A stretch of DNA of 64,000 bases from assembly GCF_964204645.1 (NCBI RefSeq), contig NC_134034.1, positions 10,552,962 to 10,616,961 of the forward strand. Direction: 5' to 3'. A model generated the notes under the pieces. The model saw nothing but the letters and a program-made list of their open reading frames with translations. It made no database searches and was not told where the DNA came from. This stretch comes from Tubulanus polymorphus. Lineage: Eukaryota > Animalia > Nemertea. Each line of letters begins with the position of its first letter. The stretch's first letter is position 1. Made by a program: the position numbers and the translations under genes. This document shows, in pieces, positions 12,474 to 23,900 of this stretch.

Positions 12474-14536
12474 TATTATTATTATTATTATTATAATAAT
12501 AATAAAAATAATAGTAGTAGTAGTCATATGAAATACGATGTATTGTTGCTTCAACCGTCTAATTCAATTTTCAATTGATGAAGGCTTGAAGGCCGAAACG
12601 TCTTGTAGTGAAGAAAATAAAAGATGCACCTCGTCATAGTCAATATCTGTATTTCTTTATCAATATGTGATTCGATGAAAAATGAATTCATTGTTAAACC
12701 TAGAAATTTCTCTGATTCAATCAGGGAATTTAATGTAAATCACATGAAAAATCAGGATCCATTGAGTACTGTTAAGAGTAAACTCTTAGGAGTCAAATGT
12801 TAACTCATAACTGTGGAATTGAATCCAGGGGCCGGTTCCATAGACAGGGCTTAGACCGGTCTAAGACAAACTTAGTTCTATAGCTAATCTAACAACTTAA
12901 GAACAGTCTTAAGGTTTAAGACCACTTTTGGTCTTAAGTCTTGACTATGGAACTAGCCCAAGGAGATTTGTAAACGGATGAAATGTGGCGCTTCACTCTC
13001 AACTTTTGAAACCTCTGAACCGAAATTCAACTCGTTAATCGTCAATTCGTTTAATTTTCTCATCGTTTCAGACTCTGGAGAAGTTTAAGGTTGAATTAGT
13101 TGAGGATCCGATCGTTCACGCTCACCTCGACTCGCTTTATGATAAACTACTCGAACAGAATCTGTGTCGAATCATCGAACCGTTCTCACGCGTTCAAGTC
13201 TCGCATATTTCACACCTCATTAAACTATCTCAGGTACGTACTCTCTCTCCTCTCACCCCTCCTCCTCTCACCTCTCCTTCTCTCTACTCCCCTCCTGTCT
13301 CCCCTCTCACCTCCCTGTCTCCCCTCTCACCTCCCTGTCTCTCCTCTCACCTCCCCTTCTCTCTACTCTCTCCTCCCCTCCTGTCTCCCCTTCTCTCTCC
13401 CCTTCTCTCTTCACTCCTCCTGTCTCTCTCTCCTCTCAACTCCCCTTCTCTCTTCATCCCTCCTGTCTCTCCTCTCACCTCCCCCTCCTCTCCTTCTCTC
13501 TACTCCCTCCTGTCTCTCACCTCCCCTTCTCTCTTCACCCCTCCTGTCTCTCCTCTCACCTCCCCTTCTCTCTTCACCCCTCCTGTCTCTCCTCTCACCT
13601 CCCCTTCTCTCTTCATCCCTCCCTCCTCTCCTTCTCTCTACTCCCTCCTGTCTCTCACCTCCCCTTCTCTCTTCACCCCTCCTGTCTCTCACCTCCCCTT
13701 CTCTCTTCACCCCTCCTGTCTCTCCTCTCACCTCCCCTTCTCTCTTCACCCCTCCTGTCTCTCCTCTCACCTCCCCTTCTCTCTACTCCCCTCCTGTCTC
13801 TCCTCTCACCTCCCCTTCTCTCTTCACCCCTGCTGTCTCTCCTCTCACCTCCTTTTTCTCTCTTCACCCCTGCTGTCTCTCCTCTCACCTCCCCTTCTCT
13901 CTTCACCCCTACTGTCTCTCCTCTCACCTCCCCTTCTCTCTTCACCCCTGCTGTCTCTCCTCTCACCTCCCCTTCTCTCTTCACCCCTCCTGTCTCTCCT
14001 CTCACCTCCCCTTCTCTCTTCACCCCTCCTGTCTCTCCTCTCACCTCCCCTTCTCTCTTCACCCCTCCTGTCTCTCCTCTCACCTCCCCTTCTCTCTTCA
14101 TCCCTCCTGTCTCTCCTCTCACCTCCCCTTCTCTCTTCACCCCTCCTGTCTCTCCTCTCACCTCCCCTTCTCTCTTCACCCCTGCTGTCTCTCCTCTCAC
14201 CTCCCCTTCTCTCTTCACCCCTCCTGTCTCTCCACTCCCCTCCTGTCACCCTCTCACCACCCTTCTTACCCTTCTTTCCACTCCCCTCTCGTCACCTATC
14301 AGAATAAGTTCTTTTAAGTTATTATATAAGTTATTTTCCAGGATGTCATCGAAAAGAAATTGTCGCAGATGATTCTCGACAAGAAATTCAGCGGCATTCT
14401 CGACCAGGGCGAGGGCGTGTTGGTCGTGTTCGATCGTACGCCCGTCGATCAGACGTACACGTCCGCTCTCGACACCATCCACAATATGGGAAAGGTCGTC
14501 GACGCTCTTTACAACAAGGCGAAAAAACTCACATAA
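7324..14536 (+). CDS. PSMD11: 26S proteasome non-ATPase regulatory subunit 11 (Rpn6), 9 exons, 419 aa
   Basis: join(7324..7405,7604..7705,8732..8928,9407..9576,9771..9853,10362..10506,11599..11722,13072..13233,14342..14536) = 1260 nt, all GT-AG, in frame. Diagnostic peptides: [123 protein letters not shown]. Confidence 0.97.
7890..8180. mobile_element. Mutator-like MITE (tagtct...agacta termini)
   Basis: Ends tagtctagtacctagccgtc / aacgactggtattcagacta; degenerate 9-bp flanks cgacggtta / tgatgggta. Same termini as 36300-36367 and about 60418-60486. Confidence 0.65.
8344..8552. mobile_element. Foldback/hairpin MITE-like element with about 75-bp imperfect arms
   Basis: ttggtctattac...caggttcccgctcggcgcccaccagtct versus agactggtgggcgctgagcgggaacctg...gtaataagaccaa. 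Confidence 0.6.
8995..9372. repeat. Dispersed minisatellite family 'gatgatgtcatagggggatttatgg', about 77-bp units here
   Basis: Arrays at about 9000-9370, 26790-27145 (inverted) and 32730-33310; single copies near 21000 and 21625. Confidence 0.8.
9605..9740. repeat. Dispersed repeat of about 110 bp (aaaaactgatcgtccacacttca...aactacaaacaccaga)
   Basis: Related copies at about 15840-15885, 31575-31690 and 47985-48192 (inverted, tandem). Confidence 0.7.
10216..10323. mobile_element. Palindromic PIF/Harbinger-like MITE
   Basis: gatccagttccacagttgtgagtta...taactcacaactgtggaactgggtc; near-identical copy at 46236-46343 with perfect CAG/CAG flanks. Confidence 0.75.
11196..11479 (+). mobile_element. 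piggyBac-type MITE, 284 bp
   Basis: TTAA|ccctttcagtgc...gcactgaaaggg|TTAA. TTAA TSD plus CCY termini is the piggyBac signature. Five copies in the window. Confidence 0.85.
11766..12091 (+). mobile_element. Mutator-like MITE, 326 bp, perfect 9-bp TSD
   Basis: TSD ggaaaacct on both sides; imperfect TIRs catcttcacccgtcaaggg / cccctggcaagcgaggatg; near-identical inverted copy at 56850-57175. Confidence 0.85.
12153..12654. mobile_element. Short Penelope-type insertion: 38-nt tail, 120-bp inverted arms with hammerhead core, (AAT)n spacer
   Basis: Arms 12191-12310 and 12535-12654; flanking duplication ctttatcaat(g)atgtgat at about 12135-12152 and 12655-12671; arm contains TTGATGA-a-GGC-ttgaag-GCC-GAAAC-GTC. 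Confidence 0.75.
12572..12605 (+). ncRNA. Minimal type I hammerhead ribozyme-like motif (C3U variant)
   Basis: caa TTGATGA a ggc ttgaag gcc GAAAC GTC ttg: stem I caa/ttg, stem II ggc/gcc, GUC cleavage triplet. Antisense copy at about 12240-12273. Confidence 0.55.
12829..12959. mobile_element. PIF/Harbinger-like MITE (ggNccRgttgca family)
   Basis: TIR gggccggttcca / tggaactagccc. Family copies at 14768-15140, 29097-29585, 33936-34075, 37940-38077, 51343-51480, 52867-53092 and a partial copy at about 8279. Confidence 0.7.
13240..14290. repeat. Polypyrimidine minisatellite, 39-bp unit, in PSMD11 intron 8
   Basis: Unit cctcctgtctctcctctcacctccccttctctcttcacc; about 1 kb that is almost entirely C/T on the + strand. 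Confidence 0.95.
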
Positions 14537-14767
14537 TCCAAAGAGAGAGTGAGAGTTTACGACGTTAGAAAAAGAACATTTGTGTGAAATATTCGTTGGA
14601 TGGACGATTAAAATTCCCGGGCAAAAAAAAGAGATACTTCGAGATACTTGAATTAGGTGTTTAATTTTGTATTCGACATTATTCGCAGTCGCGGTATCAG
14701 CAGTTGACCAGTCCAAACCGGTCTCTAGATTCTAATCCCCGAGACCAAGGCGATGCCCCGAGCCCAG

Positions 14768-15140
14768 GGCTAAGTTGCACAGTCCGGAAAGTCGTCTGAG
14801 ACTGATTTTAAATCTAAGCCATGGCAAATAGGATATGGAACCAAAATGAGCTCAGATTGGTCTTATAGATTGGTCATGAATGAGCTAAGGCTGGTCTCAT
14901 GTTGTTAGATTGGTTATAAAACCAAAATCAGATAGATTTTAGGTACCGGTAGTTAGAAGGATATGGAACCAAAATGAGCTCAGATTGGTCTTATAGATTG
15001 GTCATGAATGAGCTAAGGCTGGTCTCATGTTGTTAGATTGGTTATAAAACCAAAATCAGATAGATTTTAGGTACCGGTAGTTAGAATAAGATGAACTCGA
15101 GACTGGTCTTACATTGAAGCCTTGACTGAGCAACTGAGCC
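14768..15140. mobile_element. Harbinger-like MITE with an internal tandem duplication of about 129 bp, in the PSMD11 3' region
   Basis: cag|ggctaagttgcacagtc...gactgagcaactgagcc|ctg; aggatatggaaccaaaatgag...ttagaa is duplicated at about 14830 and 14958. Confidence 0.65.
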
Positions 15141-15402
15141 CTGAATTTTGATTTCTAAGGGCACGGGTGACCAACTAAAACTAAACCCCTTTAATGCAAC
15201 AGTAAATACAGCAAAATAATTGAAAAATGAATCTGTATTGAGTCGTTTCGCATGAGAACAACATTTGTAAACGGTTTGTGTAAATAAAATAAAGAATTAT
15301 TGTAACGAACTCATTTTTGAGGAATTTGATTGATTTAATTCAGGGGAGCTGAAACTGGTGAAGAATCGACGCTGAAGACAAACTGTTTTTTATGCCCCTT
15401 AA

Positions 15403-15810
15403 CCCTTTCAGTGCGTCTACACCGCAGTGCAGTGTATGAATCAGTGATAGATTTTGCTAGTACACCGCACTGCGGTGTATTGATGTAATTAGTAATTCGT
15501 TTTTATCTCTATTGAAAGATGGCAGCACCTGTCAAACATAATGAAATATTAGTAACTAACGATATACCGCACCGCGGTGTAGACGCACTATAGTGGTATT
15601 CCCGTTATTCAACACACTAGGGTGGAAATTTTCAAATTATCTCCAGCACTATAGGGTATTGATTAGTCAGCACTGAAAGCACTGCGCATGACGTAAAAAT
15701 GTCATGTGAGCGACAACCCTAATGATTTCGAGCTTAAACCAGCAAAGATTAGTTAAGAAATGCAATTGGGAATTTTCGTATGAAATAAAAGCGCATACAC
15801 AGTGAAAGGG
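15403..15810 (+). mobile_element. piggyBac-type MITE with a chimeric right end
   Basis: TTAA|ccctttcagtgc... matches the 11196 copy up to cactgaaag (15679), then about 130 unrelated nt ending cagtgaaaggg|TTAA. Confidence 0.75.
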
Positions 15811-16689
15811 TTAATAATTAATTACATGGCATATTCAGTACTTCACCTGAGACTTCGAATACAAGTAGAGTCACAAACACCAGACCTTTTTATCGGCGCT
15901 TCTGATGCGTACAGTCGCTTGATCATTCCAGTCTTGCACGAACGTACCGCCGCGAGGTGTCACCGCACGCAACCATATTCGTCGAGAAACATTGATATTT
16001 CTAAAACAATTAAAAAGAAAACGCATTACGCGTACATACCTAATTCACGGGCAGACGAAAAATGAGTGGGTACCTTACCTAGAAACCAGAAACATAGTTT
16101 CTGTGATTGATGTTCTTAGCTTAAGTTAGTCAGTAACATGTGCGGGTTTGGTTTCACGATCGCATATTTTCACAAACCACATATTATCATCCGATTAGAA
16201 AAGCTTACCACCAACGATTAGGTAACTGACTAAGCTAATGCCATGATCAAGTACACAGCAGCCCGGAAAAAAGGATGGCTATGGATGCGATACCACGGAT
16301 ATTTGGATGTTCTAGGAGCCACCCCTTTTTTTGAAATACAAACAAACTCGCTTAAACCGGATTTTGGTCTAATTCGGACAATCTTTGCAGTCCATTTGTT
16401 AGTCCCAAATGATCCGAATTAAGCCGATTCTACTGTAAGAAACCTAAACATGGCTTACGATTGATTTTGAACGGAACCGATGATACTGCATACTTTCTTT
16501 TTCTTTATCTTAAAATAGGGATTGTCCCTGGTATTTATTTGGCTGCTGGTAAATTTTGTTTGATTTTTCGATAGAGTGTCCCTTACAGACCCACCAAACT
16601 TTCTTGCAAATGATTTCAACCAACTATGATGAACTCTTTCTAAAGGATATTCACATCGATATGAACTGTGTGATTCTAGCTGGACTTGG

Positions 16690-16815
16690 TCTGAAGAAAG
16701 CGCTCGCGTATTTTCTCACGATTTGAGTCAAAATTTGAAAAAAAACCTCGAGTCTGAAGAAAGCGCTCGCGTATTTTCTCACGATTTGAGTCAAAATTTG
16801 AAAAAAAACCTCGAG
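16690..16815. repeat. About 63-bp direct tandem duplication
   Basis: gtctgaagaaagcgctcgcg...aaaaaacctcgagt occurs twice. Confidence 0.85.
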
Positions 16816-17149
16816 TTTTACAAATTGGAAATGAATCAAATTTTTCAGATTCCGAAGAATCAACATTAAAACTCACAACTGTGTAACTACCGTAGGCAGG
16901 CGTGGATCTGGACCCCGTGCTTTAACTAGCAAATTGTTCCAAAAGAAATGTTTCACTGGATATGCAGCAGTCTTGCAGACCATCATACCAACAGGCTTCT
17001 CGATTGCAATATTTGATGAAAATGAAAAAATCTTGGAGAGGTCCAATTCTACGTCTGCTTGGTTCAGGGACCATATCAGAATAAATCTTTTTCTTCAAAA
17101 AGAATTACAACAATTCACAATTTTCACATACAGCAACATCAAACAATAA

Positions 17150-17432
17150 CAAGTTAAGTATTTTCAGAGACTGTTGCTGACAATCAAAGATTGTTGACAG
17201 CTCTGTGTGAGTCAGGGGGGACAGTTAAGTATTTTCAGAGACTGTTGCTGACAATCAGGGATGTTTGACAGCTCTGTGTGCATCAAGGGGGGACAGTAAA
17301 CTATTTTCAGAGACTGTTTCTGACAATCAGGGATGGTTGACAGCTCTGTGTGCGTCAGGGGGTACAGTAGAGTATTTTCAGAGACTGTTGCTGACAATCA
17401 GGGATGATTGACAGCTCTGTGTGCGTCAGGGA
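17150..17432. repeat. About 71-bp minisatellite, 4 copies
   Basis: ttttcagagactgttgctgacaatc... at 17161, 17232, 17304 and 17375. Confidence 0.9.
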
Positions 17433-18350
17433 GGACCATAAAATAGAACACGCTCAATGGAACAACAAACATTTCATAAATAACCACATTGTAAATATGT
17501 GATCTATAAAAATGGGTAAATTTTCACTCAGAGAAAAATATAAAGGCCTAACCACATTGTAAATATGTGGTCCATAAAAATTGGTAAATTTGACGAAAAA
17601 ACACACATCCACATTGTAAATATGTGGTTCATAAAAGATAACTATATCATAAAAATTGTTCATCATATATAAAAACCTGAATAATGTAAATATTGTAAAA
17701 ATTCCCATTTCGAATAACTACGCTACACTTAACATGAACACGTATTTCAAAAAATTATGGTAAATATTTTTCTAAAAAAAAAAAAAAATTCTTTAAAAAA
17801 ATTCTTTAAAAAATATCAATACTTTGGGCAAGATGGACGTAATTCGACGAGATACCTAGTTAAAACAATGCGATAACAATCAAAACGGTTTTGACTGGAT
17901 AAAAAAACGGAGAATTTTTTTTTTAAGTGAACTGAACACGAAATTTGTATTTTTCGCAGAATCGATCGATCTGTCATATATTATTCGTTATCAGAGACAT
18001 TATATTTACATTATAATAAATAATAGAATAACGCAATTCTGCTTATCACATCGAAGTGAAGTGCGAAAACAGGGCTGCCAACCTCTGTCACGAAGGCCGC
18101 GCGAAAAAATACTCTCGGAACGGAGTTCGAAACGCTTACAGGGTTTATTCGATATTGTAAAACGTTGAAAAAAGACTCGGAAATCACGATGAGGGTAGAC
18201 GGGCAGGCGCGATCGAACCAGTTGTATTCACGACGAAAGGTTGGCAGCTCTGAATACATAATCAAATATGGGTACCACCTTTTACCGATTTAGTAGAACG
18301 AACCCACTTAATTCAGATCATGCGGGACCAATGAAATTCATCCGGTTTAA

Positions 18351-18615
18351 CCCTTTCAGTGCGTATACACCGCAGTGCGGTGTATGAATCGGCGATAGAT
18401 TTTGCTAGTACACCGCACTGCGGTGTATTGGTCTATTGAAAGATGGCAGCACCTGTCAAACATAATGAAATATTAGTTACTAACAATACACCGTGCCATG
18501 GTGTAGACGCACTATAGTGGTATTCCCGTTTTTCAACACACTAGGGCGGAATTTTTCAAAAATTTTCAAATTATCTCCAGCACTATAGGGTATTGATAAG
18601 TCAGCACTGAAAGGT
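18351..18615 (+). mobile_element. piggyBac-type MITE
   Basis: TTAA|ccctttcagtgc...gcactgaaaggt|TTAA. Confidence 0.85.
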
Positions 18616-19214
18616 TTAAGAGAAATTCAGACTAAACAGCAGGTGCGTTGGAAGCATTTTTTATCATCGCGGCGGCCAATTGCCGATTTTTGATAGGTTC
18701 TCATTTATGTTGCCGAGGCGAATTTACTTTAATTTCGTCGAAAAACATGATATTCAAAGAAAAAAGTTGCTGCACTTCCAACGCCACTGTTTAAACATCA
18801 CATTACTATTAATATTTTACATATATTTATGTATAGGTGGACTGTGAATAATATCCGGACTAGATCGAAATCTGGATTAAACTGATCTGGCTTAAGCGGG
18901 TTATCAACTGGTGTACAATGAATTTGAGAACAAATTTACTATAAAACCCTCCACTGGAAGCGCACTATCCGTACTCCAGTTTTAGGGCTCAAACGAACCG
19001 ACTTCCAAGGTCGAGAATAACGACAAGACCGGGTCATAGCGAATTTTTTGCCTTTGCCGAAATCAAATAAAACATTTGGAAACGTCGATCGCGAAACCGT
19101 ACCCAGCACCGCTCCGGTCCACGATCGACGCTTTGAATAAAATCAAAACTATACCGAGCTGTTCTTCGCCCGTTCAAAAACCGATCTACGAAATCAAAAC
19201 CGGTCTTATTTCAA

Positions 19215-19436
19215 CCCTTTCAGTGTGTCTACACCGCAGTACGGCGTATAAATCAGTGATCGACTTTGCTAGTACACCGCCTATAGGTGTAGTACACCGC
19301 ATAGAGGTGTATTCATGTAACTATCTCTATTGAAAGATGGCAGCACCTTCAACACACTGGGACGACATTCTCTAAAATTTCCAAACGATCTCCAGCACTT
19401 TCGGTACCGGTAATTAATTAGTCGGCACTGAAAGGG
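19215..19436 (+). mobile_element. piggyBac-type MITE, internally deleted and diverged
   Basis: tcaa|ccctttcagtgt...gcactgaaaggg|ttat. Confidence 0.75.
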
Positions 19437-20044
19437 TTATATCTCGACGGTGAATTTCGGCCCATAGATTCTCATTGAAATTTACAAAAGAAAAGTATAT
19501 CAAGAAGAAAAAAATCGATTTACCCAACAGTACAGAATTAAATACACAATTCCGCTGTCGGTTGTAGATTTAAACATAATAAATAATATGGACGTAACAA
19601 CAAATTGTGAATAACGCCTCCATATGAACGAAATATATACAAGTCAACGCTTTATTCACTTGATTTACTTACTCAGAAATTTTGTTAAGGAAATTATGAA
19701 TTATTTACAATTTCAATATCGATGACTTTTGCGCAATTCGGTGATGAACAAAATTGATTGCTAGTGCGAACTGAATTCAGTTTGGTTTCCATAGACAAGT
19801 GAACCTGTCTGATACTATTTGAAGTAAAAACCCACAAATATAGAATGGCCCATAGAATTTGGTCGAAATGTCAAATGCTCGACTTTCGTTTTTCATTGTA
19901 TTGTAGGTTTTTACTTCTCAATTCAGTATTTTTTTTTTTTTTAATTTCGTAGGGCGGAAAATTATGAGAAAGCGGTGAGGACTTTTTCGCTTCAACGTTT
20001 AAGCGATATCATAGTTTATAGTCCTTTAACGATAGTGACTAGAA

Positions 20045-20330
20045 GAAACAGATCGTACGGGGTTCTTCTGGGTGAACTACTTCCTTCCCCTCACAGCTGT
20101 GGTGGAAGAAATAGCGAATAGGATATGGTTCGTGGAGAATGAGCAGTCGCAGTAGGTTCTCAGTGAACCCTTCCGTCACAGGTGTGATGAGAGGCAGAGT
20201 AGAACAGACGCACGGGTTCTTCGTGAACCCACTCCTTTCGCAGCTGTGGTAGGAGAGCAGTGAGTAGAACCGACACACCGGTTCTCGGTGAACTCCTCCT
20301 ATCACAGCTGTGGTGAGAGAGCAGTTACAA
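20045..20330. repeat. Dispersed repeat with tandem 'gggttct..gtgaacc...cagctgtggtg' subunits
   Basis: Related copies at about 43415-43595 and 63440-63640. Confidence 0.7.
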
Positions 20331-20906
20331 GAATATATAATCTTGAATAAATTTGTGTCGAACATAATTTCATTAAGGCATTCAATACTCAGTTAACAAA
20401 CTGTGAAATCATTGACGTCTGAATTCCAAGCTGAAGTACATTCAGTAAGTGCGGTAAGTACACTAATCCAAGAACAGTTCGATAGTAATTAAGATAATAG
20501 TTATTTAATCAAGTCAATTTTATTAAGAACTGTTGTCTCTATGGTCTCTATGTCTTCTTAAAGCATATTCTTCATCAATTCCATCGCGATGACTCAATCT
20601 CGCTGACGACAGCAAAGAGGAGGAACAGGTCGTAGGTGGCTACTGACAGACGAGCTCGTGTTAGAAATCCACAATACAGGTCGCAAAGTTCATTTTCAGC
20701 CGGTATCGTTGAATTTGAACGACGGCATGGCAGACGGACGGTCATTCTCGAATTGACGATCACGGTGAAGTTCAGGATCATCGAAACAAACAGTAGACAC
20801 GCAGAGAACATTATCAAATTGTAGAATATGACCGAGGGTTCGTTGATCTAGGCGTCCAGCGGGCTGAATAAATTAAAACCGTCCTACCTCAGCTAATCCG
20901 CTCCCA

Positions 20907-23900
20907 TCAGTCGGACACTAACTCGACGTGAATATGACTTAAATCGACCATTTTCCTGCGAAAATAAATGAAAGGGGAGAATATTTTACACAAAGTTTTG
21001 ATGATGTCATAGGGTGACTGGAAGAGACCGATGTCGATCTCAGTACTCGACAGAGTTAATGAGCGAAACCAACAGTTCATGATTTGAATATTCGTAGAGT
21101 AGCCGTGTTAACCAGGTTTAAAATAAGTAACGAGACGAGTAGTACTGTATAGGTTAACTATTTATTTGACTCATTCACCCGATGAAGCTTCTATTCATTA
21201 GAAGCGAAAGCTCGTGCGTCAAATAAATAGTTAACGTATACAGTACTACTCGTCTCGTTACTTAGTTCATGATTTGCGCAACTACTTTTCTGACGATTTT
21301 TTGAATGAAACCACTACTGCAGTCGAAGACCTGTATCATCTACCCAATCGCCAAATCTCATAATTCCCCAAATTTCTTAAAACTTCCAATTTCAAATTCG
21401 CAATTCCACGTTAGCTTATCCCAAAAATTCTACATTTTTTGCAGGCATCAAATAGTTTATTAGAATTTTCTTGTTTTTCATTTCTCTGCTGATGAAGTTT
21501 AGTCAAGTTTGAAACTGTCAGAAAATAGATTTTTAAATCATCACCTGTGGCTTTTACTCATAAATGTCATACGATGATTTATGGAGGCGGACAACAATTC
21601 TGATACGGTTTATAAATTCGATGACATCATAGGGGTATTTAGGAAGGCAGACATTGTTTCTGAATGGTACTATAGCTCTACTATTTACGTTGCGAATTTC
21701 TGAATGTTGTTCGTTATAGTTTTTAGAGCAGGAGTTTTAACCCTTTCAGTGCTTACTAATCAATACCCTACAGTGCTGGAGATAATTTGAAAATTTTAAA
21801 AAATTCCACCCTAGTGTGTTGAATAACGGGAATACCACTGCAGTGCATCTACACCGCGGTGCAGTGTATCGTTAGTTACTAGTATTTCACTTTGTTTAAC
21901 AGGTGCTGCCATTTTTTAAGAGAGATAATTATTAATTACATCAATACACCGCAGTGCGGTGTACTAGCAAAATCCATCACTGATTCGTACACCGCACTGC
22001 GGTGTAGACGCGCTGAAAGGGTAAATCAAACACCGACCTGTTGTAGATTTTGACGAATTTAGACGCGTGTTCCGGTTTAACAAACAAAGCTCGACCTTTC
22101 CGCGATACGGGATCAATATGCAAATCCTACAAATAACAACATAAGCTAGAATAAAAATCACGTCGGTGAATGAGGTGGGCCTGTCCAGCGCAGGTCTGTC
22201 GGACGAATTCTACTGGAATTTCCACATTGACTTTTTCACATATTTTCACATTCCAGATTTTTCACAACATCATAGTTAAGATCAGGTGTTACCGATGACA
22301 ATCGGAATGGATTAGAAAAAAATTTAAATTTCTCGAAACGTTAACCCAACTCGTGTTCAATTCGTCAGCTCCACCATACATGGCAGAAACAGTTGATCGA
22401 AGAGGAGAGAATCCCACAATGATAATAAAAAGTCCGAAAATGAAACTTCGAGATAGTAGTTTATTTCAACGTTTCGACTATATCCTAATAGTCATCTTCA
22501 GGAATAATGAGATACAACAGAAATTATGAGATATATATACAATCCAGAGACAAAGAGACTAATTCAAGTAATCAGAGATGATACAAACTAAAGGAAAATT
22601 AACGTAGAAACAGTTACACGCTAAAATAGATTAAAGGGAAGCAAACTAAGGGGTGATTATAAACAACAATAGTGAGTATAAATATAAATGAAACTTAAAG
22701 TCAGTAGTAAAAAGGAAGACAAACTAGGGGGCACTTAAATTAAAACAAAGGTGAATACAAGTAAGTCAGAGACGAAATTGATGAGAGAACAAATAACAAA
22801 TAATCAAAGGGGAAATCAAGTGTTGAGTTTAACCAGTTTACAGAGGAATTTTGATATAAGTTTATTATGGGGTGAAAAACCATTGTTAAGGTTTACAACG
22901 TTGTTCGAATTTTCAATAATTAATGCAGATTCCAAAATATGTCTTCTAGTTTTATCGCTGCAAGGGTAAATTAATTCAGCATTAGCAAAATTAAAATTGT
23001 GTGAAGTCTGAAAAACATGACTAGCAACTCCGCTTTCAGGTTTAAAGTTTTTTACATCTAATTTATGCTCTTTTATGCGTTGATTAAGATTCCGACCTGT
23101 TTCTCCTATATATACTTTGTCGCAAACTTTACAAGGTATTTTATAAATTCCACAGTTTAGGGATTCGGTTTTCGGTTTGTTGTTAATCAATATGTTACTA
23201 AGTTTATTATTGTATTTAAAGATGAGTTGTTTATTTAGTGACCGAAGAGAAACTTTAGAATTCTCGAGGAAAGGTACATACGGTACAATGATAGGCTGTT
23301 TATCGGTAGCCAACGTAGGAGTTTTAAGGTTGTTATTTCTAAAATGCGTAGTACGAGCTTTAAGTAGAGCTTTTTTCAATAGGAAATCGGGGTAGGCAAG
23401 TTTTTTGAGAGATTGGTTAATATGGTGAATTTCATCGGGTAGAAATGAGGGGTCGCAAATTCTCAAAGCGCGAAGAAATAATCCTTGAGCTAAACCGAGT
23501 TTAATATCCGGAGAAGTAAAAGAGAAGTAATGGAGGTAGGATTCAGCGTTGGTAGGTTTCCTATAAACCGCGAATTTCAAAAAGGATCCACAGTTAAAAA
23601 TCAAAACATCCAGAAAAGGTATTTTACTATTAGATTCCCATTCATAGGTAAAAGCCAGAGACGGGTAAAGGGAGTTTAAATATATAAGAAAGTTATCAAC
23701 ATTGAAGTCAAAGGGAACCAAAGCCAGAACATCGTCAACATATCTGAGCCAGATTTTAGGGTGAATATCAGTGTAAAGAGGCAATATTTCAGATTCAACA
23801 TGTTCTAGGAATAGTCTCTTTGTCTCTGGATTGTATATATATCTCATAATTTCTGTTGTATCTCATTATTCCTGAAGATGACTATTAGGATATAGTCGAA

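Noticed and set aside
13100-14317. 405-aa Leu/Ser/Pro ORF and antisense Arg/Gly/Glu ORFs
   Set aside because: Translations of the intronic 39-bp pyrimidine repeat; the real exons use another frame.
23812-23847. ATG start (MRYIYNPETKR) of the 343-aa PLE ORF
   Set aside because: It comes from the inverted pseudo-LTR fused to a truncated RT, so this is not a complete protein or host gene.
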